Positions 49,401 through 61,400 of a stretch of DNA of 64,000 nucleotides are shown here, piece by piece; position 1 is the first letter of the stretch, and every line of letters starts with the position of its first letter. The DNA is from Macrostomum lignano. Lineage: Eukaryota. Below the pieces are notes generated by a model. That model was not told the origin of the DNA. It did no database searches and was given only the letters and a program-made list of their open reading frames with translations. Made by a program: the position numbers and the translations under genes. The DNA lies in the NCBI GenBank assembly GCA_002269645.1, contig NIVC01000788.1, forward strand, positions 186,001 through 250,000, given 5' to 3'.

Positions 49401-52400
49401 TTTTGCCAGCAGGAGTTTGAATAATCCAAACAGCCTAATCCGGATTTGGCCGTCACAGAACCGGGACAAAGATTGCAGCAGCAGAAATTCATCGCCAACA
49501 AATCCAGCAGCCAAAAGCAGTTGGTTGTCAGCCAAGATCCCAAAGTAGAGAATAATGCTAATTAGATTTTCAATGCGACACCAACGAGGTGAACTCGAAT
49601 CGACGGGTAGAAACAAAAATATGCAAATGAGTCATGTGGGGTCTCAATATTCCCCAGACTCGTCTGGGGTTTATGCGCGCGCTCCGATCGCCCATCGATC
49701 CCAAGAGGAATGGGAGCAAAATCTAGTTGGTATGTATATAGAAAGGTCAACTAGAAATCAGGAGACGAATTGAAAACAGGTGCAAGACTTTCTGCGGCCC
49801 CGGCTCCAGACAGCGTGTTTGCACCAAAGCTTAAAAAACGTTAAGGTAAACGCCTAGCAGCGAGGATCCGGCCACATAGGGAACCATTTGCCTGCTTGCT
49901 AGTTCCAATCCGATGGGGTGCTGGTAGCTGGCGGTAGGCAGAGAAAAAATTGCTGATTCATTCAAATCTGAGGAAGAATTTTGGCCTTAGGATCCCAACT
50001 CGCCTGAAAAACCGAATTTAAGATCCCAGTTATCGAATCTGAGAATGCGGGTTTCCAATCTGAGAATCGAATTTCACTTTGAGAACCGAAATTCCAATCT
50101 AAACACCGAATTCTAAGACTCCAATCTGACAACCGCAATTCCAATCTGAGAACCGAAATTCCAATCTGACAACCGAAATTCCAATCTGACAACCGCAATT
50201 CCAATCTGAGAACCGAAATTCCAATCTGAGAACCGAAATTCCAATCTGAGAACCGAAATTCCAATCTGACAACCGAAATTCCAATCTGAGAACCGAAATT
50301 CCAATCTGACAACCGAAATTCCAATCTGAGAACCGCAATTCCAATCTGAGAATCGAATTTCACTTTGAGAACCGAAATTCCAATCTAAACACCGAATTCT
50401 AAGACTCCAATCTGACAACCGCAATTCCAATCTGAGAACCGAAATTCCAATCTGACAACCGAAATTCCAATCTGACAACCGCAATTCCAATCTGAGAACC
50501 GAAATTCCAATCTGACAACCGAAATTCCAATCTGACAACCGAAATTCCAATCTGAGAACCGAAATTCCAATCCGAGAACCGAAATTCCAATTTGAGAACC
50601 GAATTTCCAATCTGAGAATCGAAATTCCAATCTGAAAACCGAATTTCCAATCCGAGAACCGAAATTCCAATTTAAGAACCGAATTTTCAATCCGAGAACC
50701 GAAAATCCAATTTGAGAATCTAAATTTCAATCTGAGAACCGAAATTCCAATCTGAGAACCGAAAGTCCAATCTGAAAACCGAAAGTCCAATCTGAGAACC
50801 AAAATTCCAATCTCAGAATCAAAATTCCAATCGGATAATCCGAACTCATAATGAATCTGAGAAGATAAGGATCGGTGTGAGATTCTAAATCATGGCACTA
50901 AATCATGGCAAGAATTATTAAGATGATGAATATGTTGATACGCGAGATGAGATCCCAATCTAGGGAAGAATTAGCTGGATCCCAGCGGGATGCCCGCAGC
51001 GACATTCTAAAGCCTTGAAAGAATAAAAATCTCATCAAATCCGGCCTGAGAATGCTATCAGACTCTGCTTTGATCAAAAAGATTTGAGACGTCAGTGGCT
51101 AGCAAGAGATACATCCAAGGATTCTGGGGGGGGGGGGGGCAAGACGACACGGGAGTGGGGAAGAGATGACAGAGCGGATATAATAATTCCCAAAGTCGAA
51201 GCGGATCTCAAGACCGGTAGCAGCTGCATATTTGTGCCAAAAAACTGACTTAGGGCAGACTAGAGAGAATTATGAAGATGATGAAGCTCAGAAGCTGAGA
51301 CCGTATAACTGCATGACGGGGCGGGCGGCCGCAGGGAGGCGGCTACTAATACACAAGTCACGACAGCTTAATATTTGCCTAAGCCCCAGTCTGGCAGGAA
51401 AATTTGCTACCGCCCCAGATGGGAACACGGAAGAAGGGGGGGGGGTCGGGCGACCGGGAGTCAGAATCGTTGCGAGAAAAGAATTGCTGCAGCAGCAGCA
51501 GCAGCAGCCGGTTCTTGAAACTTCTGCAGCCTCCGCCGGTCAAAGAGTTCTAGAACCTGGAGTGACAGCAAAACCATCCCCGATTTTCCAATTGGCCAAG
51601 GAGTTCAAGAACTAGCACTCTGGAGTGACAGCTAAACCACCACCACCCCCGATTTTCTAATCGGCCAAGGAGTTCTAGAACTAGCACTCTGGAATGGCAG
51701 CTAAACCACCACCACCCCCGATTTTCTAATCGGTCAAGGAGCTCTAGAACTAGCACTCTGGAGTTACAGCTAAACCACCACCACTCCCGATTTTCTAATC
51801 GGCCAAGGAGTTCTAGAACTAGCACTCTGGAGTTACAGCTAAACCACCACCACCCCCGATTTTCTAATCGGCCAAGGAGTTCTAGAACTAGCACTCTGGA
51901 GTTACAGCTAAACCACCACCACCCCCGATTTTCTAATCGGCCAAGGAGCTCTAGAACTAGCACTCTGGAGTTACAGCTAAACCACCACCACCCCCGATTT
52001 TCTAATCGGCCAAGGAGTTCTAGAACTAGCACTCTGGAGTTACAGCTAAACCACCACCACCCCCGATTTTCTAATCGGCCAAGGAGTTCTAGAACTAGCA
52101 CTCTGGAGTTACAGCTAAACCACCACCACCCCCGATTTTCTAATCGGCCAAGGAGCTCTAGAACTAGCACTCTGGAGTGGCAGCTAAACCACCCCCCCGA
52201 TTTTCTTTTTAATCGAAGGTTTATTCAAGGCTAATTTTTCTTACTAAACTTGTATAAATATTGTTTTGTTAATCTCGCGTTATGCTTCTTTTGCAGCAAC
52301 AAAAATTTCAGCTAGTTTCGGGTCCAGAATCTACATCCAGAGCTCCATGACTCAGCAACCTTCCCAGGGCCTCTGTTTCTCTACCCTTTATATAAATTCT

Positions 52401-55400
52401 CCTTCTCCTTGGGGTTTAGTCGCGATTCCGGAGCAAATTGATCGCATCAAGATAGGCCCGAAACCAACTAAAGATGGAAGAAACGTGAATGGAAGAAAAA
52501 AATGGGAAAAGGCAGAGCAAGTGCATGCGCTTCAGTGCCTATTGGGCTAGAAAATATGACATAAATAAACCAACTCAGATCTATAGATCTGTCAAGCCTA
52601 ATATAGACACGCTCGAATAGATATTGGCTAACATTAACTAATAGGCCGAGGGTAAAATCCATATGCACATGCAGACAGCCTGGCCCAATTAGCTGGTACT
52701 TGAGACGCACGGTGCGATGAGTCAACTACTGGACTCGAATTTGTCAGTAGTCTCGACGCATTTGACGCTTGTATCACTAAATTTAACTTAACCAAAGCCA
52801 TAAGGCATTGTATGTGTAGCCATAACGCTTGTATGTGCCCAGGAATATTGTAATAATGTTACTAATATGGGAAGTAATAGAGCAATAACAAAAATCGATA
52901 TCATAACAATTAAAATTAACCGTATAGCTACTACAAAATCCACTTCTCTGAGACTCATTCCAATGACTCTTCGACTTTAGCACCAAGTATGATTTTATCA
53001 ATCATACATTCAGGTGACGGTTCAAGAAGCTTGAACAGTTAGGCCTGCACAACCTTGAAGAACAACAAGAACACACTGTACGCCACAATCAAATAGCAAC
53101 ACTGCACTTTCAGCCGCCCCCAACCCAAAAGGTTCAAAGACAGTATTGGAGAAAAGTCGATAACACTTTAGCTAAGGGCAAGACAAGAATAATTGGGAGT
53201 TGCAATGCAAATAAAGAGAATTTTTCAGACCAAATTAGAAGGTCAAAAACAGAGCAGCACGTCACAAAGGAGTAGCGAATCCTTAGCAGCATATCAACTC
53301 TCAGATATAGGGAGTCAATCAATAAGTTGTTAACAGCAGTGCTTAGCTGTTATTCATAATTGCAAGCATAAGAAACTATTGAATATAATATATATACTGA
53401 AAAGTTGTCGGGTGTACTTGAAAAACAATTCAAGCAAAGTGCTCTACTAGTAGTAGTATCCAGTAATAAAATAGTCATTCTGTATAAAAGACAAGATTTA
53501 CAACTCTTTGATGACAATACTGGACTTAAAATATCAGCCTGCCAGTCTATCAATCTACCAGTCTATCAATTTATCAGTCTATCAATCTATTAATCAACCT
53601 AGCAGTCTATTAGTCTATAAATCTATTAGTCTATAAATCTATTAGTCTATCAATCTATCTATCCATCTATCTATCGATCTATCAGTCTATCAATCTATCA
53701 GTCCATCAATCTGTCTATCAGTCTATAAATACATTATTCTATCAATCTATCTATAGATCTATCAGTCTATCAATCTATCAATCGACCAGTCTATCAATCT
53801 ATCAATCGACCAGTCTATCAATCTATCAATCGACCAGTCTATCAATCTATCAATCGACCAGTCTATCAATCTATCAATCGACCAGTCTATCAATCTATCA
53901 ATCGACCAGTCTATCAATCTATCAATCGACCAGTCTATCAATCTATCAATCGACCAGTCTATCAATCTATCAATCGACCAGCCTATCAATCTATCAATCG
54001 ACCAGTCTATCAATCTATCAATCGACCAGTCTATCAATCTATCAATCGACCAGTCTATCAATCTATCAATCGACCAGTCTATCAATCTATCAATCGACCA
54101 GTCTATCAATCTATCAATCGACCAGTCTATCAATCTATCAATCGACCAGTCTATCAATCTATCAATCGACCAGTCTATCAATCTATCAATCGACCAGTCT
54201 ATCAATCTCTCAATCGACCAGTCTATCAATCTATCAATCGACCAGTCTATCAATCTATCAATCGACCAGTCTATCAATCTATCAATCGACCAGTCTATCA
54301 ATCTATCAATCGACCAGTCTATCAATCTATCAATCGACCAGTCTATCAATCTATCAATCGACCAGTCTATCAATCTATCAATCGACCAGTCTATCAATCT
54401 ATCAATCGACCAGTCTATCAATCTATCAATCGACCAGTCTATCAATCTATCAATCGACCAGTCTATCAATCTATCAATCGACCAGTCTATCAATCTATCA
54501 ATCGACCAGTCTATCAATCTATCAATCGATCAGTCTATCAATCTAGTAATCTACCATCTACCATTTGATTAAAAAACATTTAAGAAAAAATAGATGTTAG
54601 CATAATAAACATTTGCTAAAGAACTGATCATAGTAGCAACAGTAGCAAAATACGCGCATATAACTACCAATCCAGCATGTACCAGCAAATTCGGGCACAA
54701 ACAATGAGCCTACCTCCAGCAGGGAGAGCAGCGCGCAGTCCTCGAAGACGCCCTGCAGTAGGTCGCGATCCTGTTCGCTGCAATCGGTGAGGCACTGCAT
54801 GTCCTCCAGGCTGTCCAAGATGGTCGACACGGCTGATAAAGAGTTAAGAGGATCAAATATTTGCAATTGCTGTAGACACTCACTAATCGGTAGCCTTATA
54901 TAATATCATTTTATTGCGTGCGAATACAAATGAAACTAATTGGCTCAAAAAATGTATGACAGAGTCGACAATAAAGACAGAGATCATTAATTACAAAGCT
55001 CCTAGATAGGCGTAGGCTGTTGAATATTAAAATAACTTAGCTACATTGACTAGCAACACGAGATACCTCACTGTCAAAGGAAGGCTAGCCTAAGATTTTT
55101 ACCTCTTGTATAATCTGTTCTTTTTTGGCAAAGGTATACAGCTATGCAGTCATGCTGGCTCTCGTTGAGGCGGAATTAAACAGCAAACAGAGTCTAAAAG
55201 CTAAAGAGATGCACTTCTTTACGCTGGCTTTTAACTGACCTGCTTCAGGGGATAGAAGCTCCATTAGTTTTATTTTAAGACTAGTACTATTTCTCACCTT
55301 ACTGAGTCAAGGTCGTTTTAGGGAAGAAATATATAGTATATGCATACATCTGATGCATGAAGCCATTATCCGTTTATATACAGCATTCACTATCCTGACA

Positions 55401-58400
55401 GCATTCACTATCCTGACAGCATTCACTATCCTGACAGCATTCACTATCCTGACAGCATTCACTATCCTGACAGCAGTGAGAGCATTCACTATCTTGACAG
55501 CATTCACTATCCTGACAGCATTCACTATTCTGACAGCATTCACTATTCTGACAGCATTCACTATTCTGACAGCATTCACTATCCTGACAGCATTCACTAT
55601 TCTGACAGCATTCACTATTCTGACAGCATTCACTATCCTGACAGCATTCACTATTCTGACAGCATTCACTATTCTGACAGCATTCACTATTCTGACAGCA
55701 TTCACTATTCTGACAGCATTCACTATTGTGGCAGTGTTAACTATCCTGACAGCATTCACTATCCTGACTTGTTGAAAAAATTGATACAGTTTTTAGAAGA
55801 AACTATAAGTAGAAAGGGTATAGTGGTAACATGAGTACACGTAAGTTAGTTATATTTAGTTGGCTTGAACACTGCTACAATACGGGTACTATGGCTAGAA
55901 CAGGAATCGAACCCGGGCCCTTTGATATAAGAGAAAAATATAAACTATGTAAAGATGCAAGGTAGAACTTACCTTTGTAAGAGGGCACCCTCCGAAAGGC
56001 AATCATATTTAAATATTTTATCTACTCGCAGTTATTAAATTATGTTTACTCAACTAGAGACTAATTAGCCATATGGAAATTATTAAACAGGTAAAAACTG
56101 ACGATTACAAAGGAACTCTGTAATGGACGACTAATTTTATCAAAAATAAATAGTCAATCGCCTATTTTAGTAAAGTTTTCTCCAACACAGTTGATTGGAT
56201 AGGGTGATGAGACAATCAGCCAATCACCAGTCTTGCTTCTAAATTTTGCATCACAATCTGGAATTCATACACGTTGCAGACCATTCGTTGAGGCGTTTTT
56301 TGCTTCTTATGGAGTCCTAATAAAAAAGCTATAATATTTTAACGAATGTTCTGCTGCGCCGCTTTTGACTTGCAATGTGCGCCTATAAGTTTACCTCCTG
56401 TTTCGGCCAATCTCAAACGTTTCTAAGCGCAACAAAAAGTTAAGCCCGTGTTTTCTTTAATTTCGTGTGCCTGCGTTGCTCCGTGATGGCGCAGCGTGCA
56501 AAATAACTGTTAGGGGGATCACCCTTGGTAATTCTGCCGTTAATCTGCACTTAATGACTCAATCTCTCTGTTTACTGTTCTCTCTGTCTAGTTCTCTCTT
56601 ACCCTCTTTCGCAATTCTGATAGGCTCTTTAACCTTACCTCTTTCCTCAGTCGCGCACACCTACCCTCCTGATCTGCACCCAATTCACCTTCCCACTTAT
56701 CTGAAATCTTCGACTAGAAAAATTTTGCAGATGACGATAATATTAACAAAAAAAATATTTGATTACACCTGCTCCAATGTGCAGATGTGCAACCGACAGC
56801 TCAGGCTGCTCAGCCGCAGCCATCGCGCGGCGCATCTGAAGGCTGCGTACGGCTGTTCAGTCCAAGGAGTGGGAGGTCGCCACACACCCTCAATTACCCC
56901 AGCTAATGCTGGCACCCATTTTACAGCTGGGTGAACTGAAGCAGTGCAGAGTTAAGTGTCTTGCTCAAGGACACAAATTGTTCTGAGTGGGATCGGGAAT
57001 CGAACCCCTGACCTTCAAGTCGTGAGTCCGACGCTTGCAATCCGTTATATTCATTTTATCCGTATGAGTGTAAATCATCTCGATTATAAAACCTGTGCTC
57101 TACACTATACGATCCCAACACACTTATGAAAAAATCGATACTTTGCGAAATAAACAAACTAGACTAATTTAGAATTCCTTGTGTGTGTTAGGAGTTGACC
57201 GCGGCAAGATGGTTAATATGATAACAAGTGCGCACAGCGCGGGGCTAAGAAGCACAGAGCGGCTCTTTAGTATTGGGGTATACAGGATTAACGAAACTAC
57301 TTGGATGTAATCAGAGAGATGGTTAGCACACGGGGCGTGATGAAAAAGGCATGATCACGGACTCTAGTCGCGCTTCGTTTTAGGATAAGAGAATATTGAG
57401 GCCGTGCACTTCTGCCAGTGTGCACAGAGTAAGATGGATATCTGAAATCGCTCAAATGGCATGTGCTAAATTGAGGAATTTGTTCCCACGCCGGCTTACA
57501 TTCTCTTTGTTGATTCGATTTTGGAGAAACTTTAATAGAGAAACTAGTTCAAGCATTTTTTGGATCTTCTTTTTTCATAATTCTATAAATATCAACGATT
57601 AGGTGTGATTTTCTAGATATTTTTATACTTTAGTTAACTTTTTATACATTCTTTAGGCAGGGGCTGTGTGCACTCTGGCACATTTCAAAGCGACATTGTC
57701 ACACAACCGGCGAGAGGCATTGCTGCCCATTCCGCCGACTCCCCTGAGCAGGCACACAAGCGCGCGGATACTTATGCAGTCATACGCACAGGCACACACT
57801 CACACAGGAGTGTACAGCGGCCTTAACTTTATTTATCGTTAGGCATGTACACTTCACTGTGCCTTGGGGGTTGGCCCTTAAGGGCGTTAGCTGCACAAGC
57901 AGAGCCAAGCCAAGATTCCAATTTAACCTCAAATTAATGCGACTGCACTTGGAATCGAGCCTGGGCCGCTGGGATCGCCGCGCCAGATCTTCTACCTACT
58001 TCTTCAAAACGGGTATGAAAGTTCGAATTTGGACCATAGACAGGTCCAATCTGTACAAATCTGTATCCCCATAAACAAGGCTACAACGTTTTTTATGTAC
58101 GTCTTGTATTTATGTTTCGAAGGATCTGTAACAGATGGAAATCTTTATTATCTAAATTTTATGCTTGCTGCAATGCTTCCAAAACTTGGTCTTGATTTGG
58201 ACACAGACACACCCGCAAACTTTTGATTCCCAAATCAAGTATAGCAATAGCAGTAATTGCTCTGTCCATTGTTTACAACTCATGAAAACTGTTCTTCAAA
58301 GTGAATCGGTTTTTTTTGGAAATGAAGGACAGCATTATGCCATCAATACCTCAGCTTGCACATCCCTGAAAAATTTCATTTCAAAATCATGCACAAAACT

Positions 58401-61400
58401 GCTGCTAGAGATCCTCTTTGATATACGTAAAACCTCGTAACCTCATTGGCCCTTGTAACTGTTATTAAATTATCATGTACACAAAAGCTTGTAGTCAAAT
58501 TAAAGATGCAATTTTTCGCTTTTGAATGACTTCTAACTTGTTTCAGAATTCCAGACTATGAACACTCTTCACTTCATGAAAAGTGGTCAAAAACAGTCTT
58601 CCGGTATGCTTGGAGTTTAATATAGAGGTGATTTTTTCTTCCATTTGAAGCGCATTTTATAAATCCAAGTGCGTATTTTCTAAGTCGAAGTGCCTTATTT
58701 GAGAACTGCACTTAGTGTGTGAATTCATTGCCCAGCAGATAGGCAAATATCTTACTTGAGATGTAAAGTATTAGAAAACAGGGCACTAGGACAGACTGAG
58801 GGATGGATGGCAGACTTTGATTAACCTCCAGAACTATCAGCAGCCTAGGACACCAAAATCCGCGGCTAATGCCAGGGGAAATAAATGCATAGCTCCAGCT
58901 AAGAGGGAGAGAAAATGCTAGACAGAGCTTTCCAAGAGAGGCGGAATAAGTCAGTTTCTCTGCCAAATTCTCTATCACACTCAGGGAGACAGACAGAGGA
59001 AAGAAAACACAGGAATCAGACTCCAGTCAGGCCACTTATTCTCTCTGTCTAGCAGCTCAACTGGAGTTCGCGCGCGCTTATTATGCCTCGCTGTATTTCC
59101 CCTACTGACATACGATCGGCCTCTCAAACAAGCAGTGTGGCAGGACACCACTATATAGTCTACAGTCTGGCAAAGCCGAACTCAATGCCAACCAACCAAC
59201 TCTTCACTCTTGCAGAACTGGCCAGAGAACTGAACAAATTAATCACGGCAGCTACTGACATACAACAAATGATACGTGGCACATGGTTAAAGCCCAGTCT
59301 CTAATCAGCATTGACTGATAAAGTATATCAACTGCAGATACTTGTTGACAAAGCTTTGTGGAACTTATGGATTTACAGGAAACAAGTCGGAGATAATTAG
59401 CTTGTATACAAAAGTGAAAATCAGTGAAGTCTAGTGGGTGGCCAAAAGGGATCGGCCACAGGGAGACTTCAGGAGTTTTAGGGGAATTAAGGGATTATAG
59501 AATGGATGCTGAAAGGGAAGGATGGTGCGATTGAGATGGTGAGGAGGAATAAGATGGTGAGAAGGGGATTGAGGTGTTGAGAAGGAGATTGAGATGCTAA
59601 GAAGGGGGAATGAGTACTGAGAAGGGAATTGAGATGATGAGAAGGGGGAATGAGATGGTGAGAAGGGGGATTGAGATGGTGAGAAGGGTGAATGAGATGG
59701 TGAGAAGGGGGATTGAGATTGTGAGAAGGGGGATTGAGATATTGAGGAGGAATGAGATGATGAGAAGGGGGGAATGAGATGGTGAGAAGGGGGATTGAGA
59801 TGGTGAGAAGGGTGAATGAGATGGTGAGAAGGGGGATTGAGATGGTGAGAAGGGGATTGAGATGGTGAGAAGGGGGATTGAGATGATGAGACGGGGGATT
59901 GAGATATTGAGCAGGAATGATATGGTGAGAAGGGGGATTGAGATGGTGAGAAGGGGGATTGAGATGGTGAGAAGGGAGATTGAGATGGTGAGAAGGGGGA
60001 TTGAGATGGTGAGAAGGGAGATTGAGATGGTGAGAAGGGGGATTTAGATGGTGAGAAGGGAGATTGAGATGGTGAGAAGGGGGATTGAGATTGTGAGAAG
60101 GGAGATTGAGATGGTGAGAAGGGTGATTAAGATGGTGAGAAGGGAGATTGAGATGGTGAGAAGGGGGATTGAGATGATGAGACGGGGGATTGAGATATTG
60201 AGCAGGAATGATATGGTGAGAAGGGGGATTGAGATGGTGAGAAGGGGGATTGAGATTGTGAGAAGGGAGATTGAGATGGTGAGGAGTGAGATTGAGATGG
60301 TGAGAAGGGTGATTGAGATGGTGAGAAGGGGGATTTAGATGGTGAGAAGGGAGATTGAGATGGTGAGAAGGGGGATTGAGATTGTGAGAAGGGAGATTGA
60401 GATGGTGAGAAGGGTGATTAAGATGGTGAGAAGGGAGATTGAGATGGTGAGAAGGGGGATTGAGATTGTGAGAAGGGTGATTGAGATATTGAGACGGTGA
60501 GAAGGGGGATTGAGATGGTAAGAAGTGAGATTGAGATGGTGAGAAGGGTGATTGAGATATTGAGAGGGTGAGAAGGGGGATTGAGATGGTGAGAAGGGGG
60601 ATTGAGATGATGAGAAGGGGGATTGAGATGGTGAGAAGGGGGATTGAGAGGGTGAGAAGGGGGATTGAGATGGTGAGAAGGGAGATTGAGATGGTGAGAA
60701 GGGGGATTGAGATGGTGAGAAGGGGGATTGAGATGGTGAGAAGGGGGATTTAGATGGTGAGAAGGGAGATTGAGATGGTGAGAAGGGGGATTGAGATGGT
60801 GAGAAGGGAGATTGAGATGGTGAGAAGGGGGATTTAGATGGTGAGAAGGGAGATTGAGATGGTGAGAAGGGGGATTGAGATTGTGAGAAGGGAGATTGAG
60901 ATGGTGAGAAGGGTGATTAAGATGGTGAGAAGGGAGATTGAGATGGTGAGAAGGGGGATTGAGATTGTGAGAAGGGAGATTGAGATGGTGAGAAGGGTGA
61001 TTGAGATATTGAGACGGTGAGAAGGGGGATTGAGATGGTAAGAAGTGAGATTGAGATGGTGAGAAGGGTGATTGAGATATTGAGAGGGTGAGAAGGGGGA
61101 TTGAGATGGTGAGAAGGGGGATTGAGATGATGAGAAGGGGGATTGAGATGGTGAGAAGGGGGATTGAGAGGGTGAGAAGGGGGATTGAGATGGTGAGAAA
61201 GGGGATTGAGATGATGAGAAGGGGGATTGAGATATTGAGCAGGAATGATATGGTGAGAAGGGGGATTGAGATGGTGAGAAGGGGATTGAGATGATGAGAA
61301 GGGGATTGAGATATTGAGCAGGAATCATATGGTGAGAAGGGGGATTGAGATGGTGAGAAGGGGGATTGAGATATTGAGGAGGAATGATATGGTGAGAAGG

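Noticed and set aside
47448-49616. 722-, 691- and 382-aa ORFs, and similar ORFs over the arrays at 9-11, 17, 20, 29, 33, 46, 50, 52, 54, 55 and 60-61 kb
   Set aside because: Peptide periodicity equals the DNA unit length and overlapping frames are open together, so these are repeat artefacts.
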